This document shows positions 18,846 to 29,244 of a DNA stretch of 54,615 bases, one piece after another. Origin of the DNA: an uncultured Chloroflexota bacterium (lineage in GTDB: Bacteria > Chloroflexota > Limnocylindria > Limnocylindrales > CSP1-4); assembly GCA_903925955.1 (NCBI GenBank), contig CAIYHO010000155.1:1-54615 (forward strand). The letters run 5' to 3'. The notes beneath the pieces were generated by a model that was given only the letters and a program-made list of their open reading frames with translations, was not told where the DNA came from and did not search any database. The stretch's first letter is position 1. Every line of letters starts with the position of its first letter. The position numbers and the translations under genes were made by a program.

Positions 18846-18932
18846 CGGCGCCAACCTCCCTGCCTCTCTCGTGTGACGGGCCTGCTCCCCGAGCGCCCCC
18901 GGGCCGGGACTCCCGGCGTCCGGCCCGCATGG

Positions 18933-20345
18933 TCAGCGGCGCATCGCCGCCAGCTCGTCCCAGAACCGCGCAATGACCCTGGTGCCACTCTCAAAGTTGG
19001 CCTCGCTGAGCCACTCGTTGGGAGCGTGGGCGTTGCAGTTGGGCTGCGGAAAGCCAAGCAGCACCACCGGAAGGCCCAGCACGTGGTCAAACGCGGCGGT
19101 CACCGGGATCGAGCCGCCCTCGCGCATAAACACGGGCTCTACCCCGTAGACCGCTCGGAGTGCTCGAACCGCCGCCTGGGTTGCCGGATGATCCGTGGGC
19201 GTGAGGCTGGCCTCGCCGCCGTGGATGTACGTGGTGGTCACGGTGACGCCTGGCGGCGCAATCTGCGCCACATAGTCACGCAGAGCCTCAAAGATCTTGG
19301 TGGGGTTCTGCTTGGCAACGAGGCGCGTGGACAGCTTTGCGTGGGCGTGTGCCGGAATGATGGTCTTGGCGCCGTCACCCTGAAAGCCGCCCCAGATGCC
19401 GTTCACATCAAGCGTTGGGCGCGAGGTCTTGCTCTCGAGGATGGTCCAGCCAGCCTCGCCAACCAGGGCGGGAACCCCCGTCTCCTCGCGGTACGCCTCA
19501 GCATCAAACGGCAGGGCCGCCATCGCAGCCCGCTCATCGGGGGTCAGCGCCACAACGTCGTCGTAGAAGCCGGGGATCTTCACGCGGCCATCGGGACCCT
19601 TGAGCGACGCGATGATCCGCGCCAGGGCGTTTGCCGGGTTCTCAACCGCGCCGCCGTACCCGCCCGAGTGGAGGTCCACCGGCGAGAGCACCACGTCAAT
19701 CTGGGCGTACATGATGCCCCGCAGGCCAACGGTGATGGCCGGCACGTTGCCCTCGAAGAAGGTGGTGTCGCTGATCACCGCCACATCGGCCGCCAGCCGG
19801 CTGCGGTTTGGCCCAATCCACGCAAAGAGGCTATCGGAGCCGTACTCCTCCTCGCCCTCAAACACAAACGTCAGGTTGACGGCGGGCGCACGACCCACCA
19901 GCCGCAGCGCCTCCAGGGCGTACAGGTGCATGACAATCTGGCCCTTGTCGTCGGCAACTCCGCGCCCGACAAAGCGGCCATCCTCGAGGAAGGGGTCGAA
20001 CGGCCCGGTCTCCCAGAGATCAAGCGGATCAGCAGGCTGGACGTCGAAATGGCAGTACACAAGCGCCGTGGGGGCGCCGGGTGCCTCGTGGATCTTGCCG
20101 TAGACGATGGGGTGCAGATCGGTCTTGACCACCTCCACCTCCGTCGCCTTCAGGCCGCGCAGGCGATCGGCAATCCACTCAGCGGCCGTGACCATGTCCG
20201 CGGCATGCTCGGGCAGCGCCGAGATGCTGGGAATGCGGGCGAACTCCAGGAGCGCCTCCGCCCGCGCCTCGCGGAGCGACGTCATCGCCGCTTCAAGGCT
20301 GGGGTCGAGCGCTGTGCTGCCGGGGATGGCGGAGTTCGCGGTCAT
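18933..20345 (-). CDS. M20-family dipeptidase
   Basis: HFDVQP, GRGVADDKG, EGEEE, DLHSG, GGSIP, HAPNE. Confidence 0.93.
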   Translation of the reverse strand: MTANSAIPGSTALDPSLEAAMTSLREARAEALLEFARIPSISALPEHAADMVTAAEWIADRLRGLKATEVEVVKTDLHPIVYGKIHEAPGAPTALVYCHFDVQPADPLDLWETGPFDPFLEDGRFVGRGVADDKGQIVMHLYALEALRLVGRAPAVNLTFVFEGEEEYGSDSLFAWIGPNRSRLAADVAVISDTTFFEGNVPAITVGLRGIMYAQIDVVLSPVDLHSGGYGGAVENPANALARIIASLKGPDGRVKIPGFYDDVVALTPDERAAMAALPFDAEAYREETGVPALVGEAGWTILESKTSRPTLDVNGIWGGFQGDGAKTIIPAHAHAKLSTRLVAKQNPTKIFEALRDYVAQIAPPGVTVTTTYIHGGEASLTPTDHPATQAAVRALRAVYGVEPVFMREGGSIPVTAAFDHVLGLPVVLLGFPQPNCNAHAPNEWLSEANFESGTRVIARFWDELAAMRR

Positions 20346-20401
20346 GACGGCTCCTCAGTAGCGGTGCGGCGGTGCGGCGGTGCGATGAGCCGATCCTAGC
20401 G

Positions 20402-20432
20402 CGAAGGGCGGCCCTTGCGGGACCGCCCTTCG
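20402..20432. terminator. GC-rich hairpin downstream of ftsH
   Basis: cgaagggcgg...ccgcccttcg inverted repeat; no clear U-tract. Confidence 0.55.
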
Positions 20433-20457
20433 ATCGGCTTGCGGGGTTAGGTGCAGG

Positions 20458-22398
20458 TCAGGCCGGCTGTGGGGCCGGGTTTGGCGCAGGCGCGCTGCCT
20501 GCGGCGGGATCGCCTTCTGCGTCGGTGGGCTCGGTCATCACCCGGGGAATACCCGCGTGACGCTCGGGCTTTGGCGGCAGATCCGTGAACAGCGTTGCGA
20601 ACCCTTCCGCGTCCACTGTCTCCTCGGTGATCAGCTTCTCGGCCAGACGGTCAAGACGCTCGCGATGCGTGGTCAGCACCTCGGTTGCCCGATCGTAAGC
20701 GCGGTCGATGATGGCGCGGACTTCCTCGTCGATCAGCTTGGCGATGTCCTCGCTGAAGTTGCGCTTCTCACCGAGGTCACGCCCGAGGAACACCATTTCC
20801 TCGCGCTTGCCAAACGAGAGCGGCCCAAGCTTGTCGCTCATGCCAAACTCGGTGACCATCCGGCGCGCCAGGTCCGTTGCCTTTTCGATGTCGTTGCTGG
20901 CACCCGTGGTGGTGTCCCCGAAGACGAGCCGCTCCGCGACGTTGCCGCCCAGGAGCCCTGCGATCTTGTCTTCGAACTCGGTCTTGCTCTGGAGGTAGCG
21001 GTCCTCCGTGGGCAGCGCCATCGTGTAGCCAAGGGCCATGCCGCGGCTGATGACGGTGACCTTGGCAACCGGGTCGCACTTGGGCAGGATCCGCTGCACG
21101 ATTGCGTGACCGCCCTCGTGGTAGGCAATGATCCGCTTCTCTTCGTCGGAGATGAGCCGGCTCTTGCGCTCCGGACCCGCGACGATGCGCTCGAGGGCCT
21201 CGGAGAACTCGTTCATCCCGATGACCTTCTTGTTGCGCCGCGCCGCAAGGATCGCTGCCTCGTTGACAAGGTTGGCGAGATCCGCGCCGGAGAAGCCGGG
21301 CGACTGGCGCGCGATCTCCTCCACGACGATGGCCTTGTCAAGGGGCTTGCCCTTGCTGTGGACCTTGAGGATTGCGGTACGGCCCCTCATGTCCGGCCGG
21401 TCCAGGATCACCTGGCGGTCGAACCGGCCCGGGCGCAGCAGCGCCGGATCCAGCACGTCTGGGCGGTTGGTGGCGGCCACGACGATCACGTTGGTGTTCG
21501 TGTCAAAGCCGTCCATCTCAACAAGGATCTGGTTGAGGGTCTGCTCGCGCTCGTCGTGGCTGCCGCCGAGGCCGGCGCCGCGCTGGCGGCCCACCGCGTC
21601 AATCTCGTCCACAAACACGATGCAGGGGCTGTTGCGCTTGGCCTGGTCAAACAGGTCACGCACGCGGCTGGCGCCAACGCCCACAAACATCTCAACAAAC
21701 TCGGAGCCCGAGATGCTGAAGAACGGCACGCCAGCCTCACCCGCAACGGCACGCGCCATCAGCGTCTTGCCGGTGCCGGGAGGGCCCACAAGCAGCACGC
21801 CGCGCGGGATGCGGGCGCCCAGCGAGTTGAACTTCTCCGGGAACTTGAGGAACTCCACCACTTCCTGGAGCTCGGTCTTGGCCTCGTCAACGCCCGCGAC
21901 ATCCGCAAACGTGACGACGGTCTTGTTGCCCAGGAACATGCGCGCCCGGCTCTTCCCGAAGGACATCGCCTGGTTATTGGTTCCCTGGGCTTGGCGCATC
22001 ATGAAGAAGATGAAGCCGCCGATGATCAGCAGCGGCAGGAGGCCCGAGACGAGCAGGCTGACCCAGCTGCTGTCCGACGAGGGCTTCTTGATATAGACGT
22101 CGGGCTTGAGGGTCACGCCGCCGGCAACTGCCGCCGTGGACATGTCCTTGGACACGTCGCCCGTGATTGGGTTGGGGACAACCACGGTGTACGTGCTGTT
22201 GTCCGAGATGGTGACCAAGAGGGTCTCACCCTCTTGGACGGCCTTCTGCACCTTGCCGGCCTTCACGTCGTCTAGGAATCGGAGGTAGCCCTCCTGCGCC
22301 TGGGGCGTTGATGACGTGACCCACGTATAGAGCAACGCCACGACACCCGCCACCAAGACGAGCATCACGATGCCGTTGCGCAGGAATTTTGTGTTCAA
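20458..22398 (-). CDS. ftsH: ATP-dependent zinc metalloprotease FtsH
   Basis: Two TMs; GPPGTGKT; SRH region; HEGGH; TGASND. Start TTG 22398 chosen by eye. Confidence 0.97.
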   Translation of the reverse strand: MNTKFLRNGIVMLVLVAGVVALLYTWVTSSTPQAQEGYLRFLDDVKAGKVQKAVQEGETLLVTISDNSTYTVVVPNPITGDVSKDMSTAAVAGGVTLKPDVYIKKPSSDSSWVSLLVSGLLPLLIIGGFIFFMMRQAQGTNNQAMSFGKSRARMFLGNKTVVTFADVAGVDEAKTELQEVVEFLKFPEKFNSLGARIPRGVLLVGPPGTGKTLMARAVAGEAGVPFFSISGSEFVEMFVGVGASRVRDLFDQAKRNSPCIVFVDEIDAVGRQRGAGLGGSHDEREQTLNQILVEMDGFDTNTNVIVVAATNRPDVLDPALLRPGRFDRQVILDRPDMRGRTAILKVHSKGKPLDKAIVVEEIARQSPGFSGADLANLVNEAAILAARRNKKVIGMNEFSEALERIVAGPERKSRLISDEEKRIIAYHEGGHAIVQRILPKCDPVAKVTVISRGMALGYTMALPTEDRYLQSKTEFEDKIAGLLGGNVAERLVFGDTTTGASNDIEKATDLARRMVTEFGMSDKLGPLSFGKREEMVFLGRDLGEKRNFSEDIAKLIDEEVRAIIDRAYDRATEVLTTHRERLDRLAEKLITEETVDAEGFATLFTDLPPKPERHAGIPRVMTEPTDAEGDPAAGSAPAPNPAPQPA

Positions 22399-22549
22399 AC
22401 GGAGCGCCTCCGAGAGGGTTGGCCGACGTGAAAGCCGACCGTTGGCCGAGTATAGCGCCGGGTCCCCTTCACCCCCCTTTGGCGGGCAACTTGGGCTGCG
22501 GGTCGCAACTGTGGTTCGCTTGGGGTCGATGGGCGGATGTGCCAGACAC

Positions 22550-22584
22550 AAAGAAAGACCGCCCGGGACGAAACCCAGGCGGTC
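22550..22584 (-). terminator. Intrinsic terminator of the tRNA
   Basis: GACCGCCTGGG-TTTCGT-CCCGGGCGGTC followed by TTTCTTT on the minus strand. Confidence 0.8.
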
Positions 22585-22597
22585 AGAACGTGCCGTT

Positions 22598-22672
22598 TGG
22601 TGGCTGGGGACAGAATCGAACTGTCGACCGGGCGGTTATGAGTCGCCTGCTCTGCCGCTGAGCTACCCAGCC
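22598..22672 (-). tRNA. tRNA with CAT anticodon (elongator Met or Ile2; not initiator), CCA encoded
   Basis: GGCTGGGTAGCTCAGCGGCAGAGCAGGCGACTCATAACCGCCCGGTCGACAGTTCGATTCTGTCCCCAGCCACCA folds as a cloverleaf; -10 TACAAT upstream. Confidence 0.95.
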
Positions 22673-22797
22673 ACGGGCGGCGATTGTACCGACACGCCGC
22701 AGGACCTGCCAGCCCTGTCGGTTGCGGGACAATCTTGAGTCGCAGGGCCGGAGGACAGACAATAGACCGGACCAAGGATCGATCACGGGAGGCACTC

Positions 22798-23724
22798 ATG
22801 GGCAACAACGAGCCGGGCCAGGGCGGGATCCCCGGGTGGGGCCAGCCGCAGGAGCCACAGCAGGCGCCGCAGCAGGCGCCGCAACCGCAGCCCGGGTGGG
22901 GCCAGCAGCCCTCCCCGCAGGCGCAGCAGCCGCAGCAGCAGGGCTGGGGCGCTCCCCCGCCGCAGGCGCCGCCGCAGGCGCCGCAGCCGCAGCCCGGGTG
23001 GGGCGCTCCCCCGCCGCAACAGCAGGGCTGGGGCACGCCGCCACCGCAACAGCAGCAGCAGCCCGCGTGGGGCGCGCCGCCTCCGGCCGGCTGGAACCCC
23101 GCGCCTCCCCAGAAGCAGGGCAACGGCTGTCTCAAGGGCTGCCTGATCGTCGGCGGCATTCTGCTTGTGCTGGCCATCCTCGCCGTCATCGGCCTGACGG
23201 TCTTCGGCCTGAAGTTCGCAGGCGACATGGGCATCGGTGCCAACGGCGAGATCAAGGAGTGTCCGTACGTCTCCAATGCGGACTTGGCGAAGGTGCTCGG
23301 CTCGGATGCCACCGCAATTCCGATCAGCGGGATCGCGGACGCAACCCTCGGCATGGCACTCGACAAGCGCGTCATCAAGGACGCGGACAACTGCATGCTG
23401 ACCGTCGGCTCCGGCGCCAGCACCGACACAGGCGGCTTTGGCCGGATCGCCAAGTACAGCGGCGGTGACGCCAGCTCCAAGTTCTCTGCAGAGAAGAAGG
23501 CCGCCGACGCTGGGGCCTACCTCGGCGATGACGTCAGCGGTCTGGGCGATCAGGCCTTCTGCACCACGGCAAGTGAGACCTACCCGGGCCTCGGCGTCCT
23601 GGTCCGCAAGGGCAACGACCTGGTCTACGTGAGCATGCTCGACGCAGCACCAATCGCGAGCGACGGGAGTCTTGCCACAAGCTGCGCAGTCGCACAGCAG
23701 TTAGCCAAGCTCGTCATCAAGTAG
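22798..23724 (+). CDS. Membrane protein with a Pro/Gln/Trp-repeat cytoplasmic N-terminus and a Cys-containing external domain
   Basis: GGAGG SD before ATG 22798; repeated GWG/AWG units; one TM after GCLKGC. Confidence 0.85.
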   Translation: MGNNEPGQGGIPGWGQPQEPQQAPQQAPQPQPGWGQQPSPQAQQPQQQGWGAPPPQAPPQAPQPQPGWGAPPPQQQGWGTPPPQQQQQPAWGAPPPAGWNPAPPQKQGNGCLKGCLIVGGILLVLAILAVIGLTVFGLKFAGDMGIGANGEIKECPYVSNADLAKVLGSDATAIPISGIADATLGMALDKRVIKDADNCMLTVGSGASTDTGGFGRIAKYSGGDASSKFSAEKKAADAGAYLGDDVSGLGDQAFCTTASETYPGLGVLVRKGNDLVYVSMLDAAPIASDGSLATSCAVAQQLAKLVIK

Positions 23725-23748
23725 GTTCGGAACCGGTACCCGGCGGGG

Positions 23749-24240
23749 TCAGCCCCCGGCGCCACCAGCGTCGGATGGGTCCCCGCCGGGGCCGAACAGC
23801 AGCCGCAGCCAGGACTCCAGCGGGTTCGATCGCTCAGCGGATCGGCCCAACTTCATCCCCACGCTCCCCGGAGCGTCCGAGGCGAGCGGCTGTGCGTCTG
23901 CCGCAAGCGAGAACGGGATCTCGTTCGCGCCGCCAAGGCGGTACTGGCGCGCCTGTTGGGCGACATACGCGCTCTGCCCCACAAGCGTGAGTTCACCTTC
24001 CAGCGCCGCCACGGTCGCCTTGCGCTCAGCGTTCGCCTGCTGCATCGCCTCAACCCGGGCTGTGGCCTCGCCGGCCTGCCCCACCTGGTGCGCGAACAGC
24101 ACGATGACCCATGCCGCCACCATGGCGCCGAGCAGCAGCGCAATGCGTCGCCGCGTCAATCCGGCCACTGGAAGATCGGCGAGCGAGCGGGCCGGGATGG
24201 CGGTCACCATCGGGCGACCTTCCGCCTCTCGAGGGGTCAT
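23749..24240 (-). CDS. Septum formation initiator FtsB/DivIC-like protein
   Basis: TM, coiled coil, YVAQQARQYRLGGANEIPF motif; start uncertain (24210, 24240 or 24267). Confidence 0.7.
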   Translation of the reverse strand: MTPREAEGRPMVTAIPARSLADLPVAGLTRRRIALLLGAMVAAWVIVLFAHQVGQAGEATARVEAMQQANAERKATVAALEGELTLVGQSAYVAQQARQYRLGGANEIPFSLAADAQPLASDAPGSVGMKLGRSAERSNPLESWLRLLFGPGGDPSDAGGAGG

Positions 24241-24412
24241 CGCGTCGGGTTCGTCGAATCGATGCATCCGCGTGAGCGTAGCTTCACTCGCAACGACTGT
24301 CAACCACTGATGCGTACGTCGAATCGACGCCACAACGGGTCCTTGCCGCACGAGGCGTGACATCCAAGGTGGCACAGCACCCCTTGCGCATCGGCCCAAG
24401 GTGCGCCAACAT

Positions 24413-24428
24413 TCGCACATCCGTTCTA
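24413..24428. promoter_or_regulatory. Putative LexA (SOS) box, one mismatch
   Basis: TCGCAC-ATCC-GTTCTA versus GAAC-N4-GTTC, 18 nt before the mrfA ATG. Confidence 0.5.
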
Positions 24429-24446
24429 TTTGCCACCGGAGCCGGC

Positions 24447-26753
24447 ATGCGCACCTACGCCCCAGCCTCAACCATCGCTGTTCTGGATCGGCTGCTCGAG
24501 GAGCCGTCGCTTGCGCGCGGCGTCGTCCACCATGAGGTGCGGCCGGTGCGGGATGCGGTCTACGCAGAGTGGCCGGACTGGCTTGATGAGCGGCTCCGCC
24601 GCGGCCTCGCCAAGCGAGGGATCGAGCGGCCGTACATTCACCAGGCAGAGGCCATTGAGGCCGTACACGCGGGTCGTGACGTCGTCGTCGTCACACCTAC
24701 CGCGTCAGGCAAGTCGCTGACGTACATGGTTCCCGTCCTGCAGGCGCTGGCGGAGGACCCCTCAGCACGTGCGCTGTTCCTGTTCCCCACCAAGGCGCTC
24801 GGCCAAGACCAAGTCGCTGAGCTTGCGGCGCTCGTCAAGGACGCAGAGCTCGAGGTCGCGTCGGCCTGCTATGACGGGGACACGCCGGCCCCCATTCGCT
24901 CAGCCATCCGCAAGGCCGGCCAAGTGGTGGTGACCAACCCGGACATGCTCCACTCGGCCATCCTCCCCCACCACACAAAGTGGTTCCAGCTGTTTGAGCA
25001 GTTGCGCGTCATCGTGGTGGATGAGCTGCACACATACCGCGGCGTCTTCGGCAGCCACGTGGCCAACGTCCTGCGCCGCCTGCTGCGCATCTGCGCCCAC
25101 TACGGCAGCCATCCAGTGATCGTGTGCTGCTCGGCAACCATCGGCAACCCCGCCGAACTGGCGGAAACCCTCACCGGGCGGCCGGTCCAGCTGGTGGATC
25201 GCAATGGCGCCCCAGCCGGCGAGAAGCATCTGCTCCTGGTAGATCCCCCGGTGCTGGACGCATCCACAGGCGCACGCGGTTCGGCCCTCACGCTGGCAGA
25301 GCGGTGGGCGGTGCCGTTCCTCCGCGCCGGTCGCCAAACGGTGGTGTTCGGGAAATCCCGCATGGCGGTCGAGATCATGCTCAGCAACCTGCGGGAGCGC
25401 ATGCGCGAGGATCTGGGCCCCCGCAGCCGGATCCGCGGCTACCGCGGCGGGTATCTGCCCACGGAGCGCCGCTCCATCGAGCAGGGGCTCAGAGACGGCG
25501 AGGTGCTCGGCGTCGTGTCCACCAATGCGCTTGAACTCGGCGTCGATATCGGCCGCCTGGACGTCGCCGTGCTTGCAGGCTATCCCGGGTCCATCGCCGC
25601 AACCTGGCAGCAGATGGGGCGCGCTGGCCGCCGCGGCGATGTCAGCGTGGCAGTGCTGGTCGCCTCGCCCGCGCCTGTGGACCAGTATGTGATCCACCAT
25701 CCGGAGTTCATCCTCGGCGGCCGTCCAGAGGAGGCCCGGCTGGATCCGGACAACCTCCACGTACTGCTGGCCCACTTGCGCGCCGCTGTATTCGAGCTGC
25801 CGTTTGAGGCGGGTGAATGGTTTGGCCCAGGCCCTGCGGACGAGCTGCTTGCATTCCTCGGTGAGGGCGGACAGGTTCGCCAAGCCGAGGACGGGCGCTG
25901 GTACTGGAGCTCGGAGAACTTCCCTGCCTCTGAGGTCTCCCTCAGGACAGCGGCCCCTGAGAACGTCGTCATCATCAACACCACGCCAGACAGGCCCCGC
26001 GTTCTGGGCGAGGTGGACCTCTTCTCGGCCCAGGTGCTCGTCCATCAGCACGCCATCTACATGCACGAGTCGGTGCAGTACCACGTGGACAAGCTTGATT
26101 GGGGCGAGCGCAAGGCGTACGTCCACAAGATCGACGCAGACCACTACACGTATGCCAACCGCGCCGTAACCCTCAAGCCCCTGGACGTGTTTGATCGCGC
26201 TCCCGCAACAGGCGGCACACGGGTCCACGGCGAGGTCATGGTTGCCAGCCTCGTCACGCTGTACAAGAAGCTCAAGTTCGGCACAGATGAGAACGTGGGC
26301 TGGGGGCCTATCGATCTGCCGGAGATTGAGCTGCAGACCACGGCGTACTGGCTCACAACTGAGGACGCCGCGGTCGGCTGGCGCAGGGACGAGCTGGACG
26401 TTGCCCTGATCGGCGCGGGGCGGGCGATCCAGGCCGTTGCCGCCGTCCTGCTCATGGTGGACCCTCGGGACCTGGGGCTTGTCGCCCAAGTCCGATCGCC
26501 CCACCATGAGGCACCCACGATCTACCTGTACGAGGCCGTCCCTGGCGGTGTCGGCCTCTCGGAGCGCCTGTTCGGACGCCACGACGAACTGGTAGACGGC
26601 GCGGCAGAACTCATCCGCGCCTGCCCATGTGATGCAGGCTGCCCGGCGTGCACAGGACCAAGACTCGAGCCCGATGTTGACGGCAAGGCGCTGGCGCTGA
26701 GGCTCCTCGCTGCGCTGGCAGCGGAGCGGCGTCCGCGAACCGCCGTCGCATGA
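24447..26753 (+). CDS. mrfA: DEAD/DEAH helicase with DUF1998 (MrfA/YprA-like)
   Basis: TPTASGKS, DELHTYRG, SAT, ALELGVDIG, QQMGRAGR; C-terminal CPCDAGCPAC. Confidence 0.92.
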   Translation: MRTYAPASTIAVLDRLLEEPSLARGVVHHEVRPVRDAVYAEWPDWLDERLRRGLAKRGIERPYIHQAEAIEAVHAGRDVVVVTPTASGKSLTYMVPVLQALAEDPSARALFLFPTKALGQDQVAELAALVKDAELEVASACYDGDTPAPIRSAIRKAGQVVVTNPDMLHSAILPHHTKWFQLFEQLRVIVVDELHTYRGVFGSHVANVLRRLLRICAHYGSHPVIVCCSATIGNPAELAETLTGRPVQLVDRNGAPAGEKHLLLVDPPVLDASTGARGSALTLAERWAVPFLRAGRQTVVFGKSRMAVEIMLSNLRERMREDLGPRSRIRGYRGGYLPTERRSIEQGLRDGEVLGVVSTNALELGVDIGRLDVAVLAGYPGSIAATWQQMGRAGRRGDVSVAVLVASPAPVDQYVIHHPEFILGGRPEEARLDPDNLHVLLAHLRAAVFELPFEAGEWFGPGPADELLAFLGEGGQVRQAEDGRWYWSSENFPASEVSLRTAAPENVVIINTTPDRPRVLGEVDLFSAQVLVHQHAIYMHESVQYHVDKLDWGERKAYVHKIDADHYTYANRAVTLKPLDVFDRAPATGGTRVHGEVMVASLVTLYKKLKFGTDENVGWGPIDLPEIELQTTAYWLTTEDAAVGWRRDELDVALIGAGRAIQAVAAVLLMVDPRDLGLVAQVRSPHHEAPTIYLYEAVPGGVGLSERLFGRHDELVDGAAELIRACPCDAGCPACTGPRLEPDVDGKALALRLLAALAAERRPRTAVA

Positions 26754-28219
26754 CCGCTGAGACCACGGCCGCCGTGACGCGTGAACGGCGCCTGGCAAAT
26801 CTGCGGGCGTCGCTTGCCAAGACCGGCGGTGCCAGCGCGGGACCGGACGAACTCCCGGCCCGCGCACCATTCGGCGGGCGGAGCAGCGGCGTGCTCGCCA
26901 ATCGGCTCGCACGGGCTCTTGGGGCCGAGGCAACAGACACCGGGCGTGGCTGGCTTGTCAGGCGCGTCATCTCCCCGGTGGAGATGCCGGTTGATCGTGA
27001 GCGCCTTGCCATGCTGCCTGGCCACCCGCCCGCCCATGCGCCCCTGGTGTGCATCGACACCGAAACCACAGGCCTCGCAACGGCGGCGGGGACGCTGGCC
27101 TTTCTGGTTGGGCTGGCACGCTGGGATGGCGATGACTTCCGGCAGACGCAGCTGCTCCTCCCGGATCACGCTGACGAGCACGCCCTGCTCGAGGAGATCG
27201 AGCGCTGGGTCACGCCTGACACGTGGCTCGTCAGCTACAACGGCAGGGGCTTTGACTGGCCGCTGCTCGAGGCGCGCTTCCGGCTCGCCGGCAGGGCGGC
27301 CCCGGCCCACGCCGGGCATTTGGACCTGCTGCCATTTGTCCGGCGGGTGTTCAAGCACCGCATGGAGGACGCACGTCTTCGGACCGTGGAGACCAGTCTG
27401 CTTGGCGTCAGCCGCTCAGGCGACGTCGAGGGCTGGGAGATCCCGGCCATCTACCTGGATGTCCTGCGCGGTGGTCCCGTGGAGCCGCTTGCCGGCGTGG
27501 TGATCCACAACGAGAAGGACGTCCGCTCGCTTGGCCTCCTGCTGGCCCATGTAGAGCGGCGGTATGCCGGGCGCCAGAACCGCCACGAGGCTCCGCGCGG
27601 GGATCTGGCCGGGCTCGCCAAGGCATACGCAAGAGAGCGCCGCCACGAAGATGCGCTCGCCTGTCTTGACGATGCTGCGGCAGGGATCGGCCCTGAGCGG
27701 GATCCTTTTGGGCGAACGCCACGGCCACAGGCAACGGCAGCACGCGAGGCCGCAGACGACGCGTGGTGGCAGCCGCGCGTCAGGCCAGACTTCGGTGGCC
27801 GCAGCCCCGGAAGCGGCTGGCGCGGGCCCCTCGCGGCGGGACGAGGCGGACCCCTGGGTCCAGACCCTGCTGCCCCAGTCTGGGATGTCGGCCCGGTCTG
27901 GACCGACGAGCGGCTGGCCGCGGAGCGCGCCAGAACCCTGCGCAGGCTGGGACGCTGGGCAGAAGCCGTTGAGGCGTGGCAGGCAGCCGCCGCAGCCGGC
28001 GGCGCCCTTGGCGCAATCGCGTGGATCGAGGCCGCCAAGCTGCGCGAGCATCGTCTGGCAGATCCCGCAGGAGCCCTCGCTGCAACGCGCGCCGCATGGC
28101 GGCTGCTGGAGCGGTCACGGACACTGGGGCGGCCCTATCCGCGGGTTGAGGCAGATCTGGTCCGCCGCGGAACAAGGCTGACTGAACGGATCAGGCGCAC
28201 CGCGCCAGGTGCAGCCTAA
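26750..28219 (+). CDS. mrfB: RNase H-like DEDD exonuclease (MrfB/YprB-like)
   Basis: IDTETTGL, SYNGRGFDWP, HLDLL, HNEKDV; TPR-like C-terminus; ATGA overlap with mrfA. Confidence 0.88.
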   Translation: MTAETTAAVTRERRLANLRASLAKTGGASAGPDELPARAPFGGRSSGVLANRLARALGAEATDTGRGWLVRRVISPVEMPVDRERLAMLPGHPPAHAPLVCIDTETTGLATAAGTLAFLVGLARWDGDDFRQTQLLLPDHADEHALLEEIERWVTPDTWLVSYNGRGFDWPLLEARFRLAGRAAPAHAGHLDLLPFVRRVFKHRMEDARLRTVETSLLGVSRSGDVEGWEIPAIYLDVLRGGPVEPLAGVVIHNEKDVRSLGLLLAHVERRYAGRQNRHEAPRGDLAGLAKAYARERRHEDALACLDDAAAGIGPERDPFGRTPRPQATAAREAADDAWWQPRVRPDFGGRSPGSGWRGPLAAGRGGPLGPDPAAPVWDVGPVWTDERLAAERARTLRRLGRWAEAVEAWQAAAAAGGALGAIAWIEAAKLREHRLADPAGALAATRAAWRLLERSRTLGRPYPRVEADLVRRGTRLTERIRRTAPGAA

Positions 28220-28222
28220 GCG

Positions 28223-29137
28223 TCAGTCCGGGTTGTCCCCGCCAAGCATGCGCCGGACTACGGACGCGTGATCTGGCACGCCGTACAGGCCAGGACCCTC
28301 AAGGATGAGCGAGCCCACGGCCGCACCCATTCGCAAATCTGGATCGCCGTCAGGCCAGCTCTTCGTGAGCGACGGGTGCACCCGTGCCGCAAAGACGCCG
28401 GCAAGGAATGTGTCGCCCGCGCCCACCGGGTCCACGTAGCGCTGGATCGGGATGCTGTGCCAGTGGCGGAGGCCGGCAACGGTGCCGCCCTCGCCCACCT
28501 CATACGCATCGCCGCCGTGGATGCCGTTGGTAAACAGCATGGTGGCGCCTGGCCGCAGCAGACCAACAAGGTCCAGGGCAGAAAGCGAGGCATCGATGTC
28601 GTCACGACCCACGCCCACAAGGGTCGCGCGCTGGACAACGCGGGTTCCCGTAGGCGGGAGGTGCTTCACCTCGGCCCCGGCGGTGAGGACGCGAAGCAGC
28701 CCCTGCCAGCCAACGGCAACGGCGGCATCCTTGGGCGGCACGTCGGCCCACTCCTCGGTGACCTCTGCCGCCACCGGAACCAGCATCCAGGCTGGGGCCT
28801 TGCGCCAGGCGTCGGGGAGGGCGCGAGGATCCACCGGGTCTGAGACCTGAGGGGTCTGCTGGACGCGGCCCGTTGGCGTCTCGATGTTGATGAAGATTGG
28901 TCCGCGAGAGCCCGGGACAACCACGACATCCACGCCCGCGTCACGGACCATGTCAAGTTCCATCGACGACGCGGCCAAATCGTCGGCCACGACGATCGCC
29001 CCGACACGCAGCCCAAGCCGGGCAAGCGTCAGTGCGGAGTAGGAAGCGCCGCCGCCCAGTCGCCAGCCGCGCGCGTCGTCCTCAACAAGGTCTCGACACG
29101 CTGAGCCCACCACCACGACTTCGGGGGTCCGGTCCAT
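28223..29137 (-). CDS. PfkB-family carbohydrate kinase
   Basis: GGGASYSA; DPVGAGDTF. Confidence 0.9.
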   Translation of the reverse strand: MDRTPEVVVVGSACRDLVEDDARGWRLGGGASYSALTLARLGLRVGAIVVADDLAASSMELDMVRDAGVDVVVVPGSRGPIFINIETPTGRVQQTPQVSDPVDPRALPDAWRKAPAWMLVPVAAEVTEEWADVPPKDAAVAVGWQGLLRVLTAGAEVKHLPPTGTRVVQRATLVGVGRDDIDASLSALDLVGLLRPGATMLFTNGIHGGDAYEVGEGGTVAGLRHWHSIPIQRYVDPVGAGDTFLAGVFAARVHPSLTKSWPDGDPDLRMGAAVGSLILEGPGLYGVPDHASVVRRMLGGDNPD

Positions 29138-29244
29138 CCATCCTCCAACCGTTCTGTCTCGGCCCTGAACCAGTGCCACATATACTTGGGCACCCGCGCA
29201 GCAGCGCGCGAGCCGCACGCGCGGCGCCGATCGAGGTTTCCATC

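Noticed and set aside
22598-22672. tRNA as the integration site of a genomic island
   Set aside because: No duplicated tRNA 3' end and no adjacent integrase were seen; ftsH follows directly.
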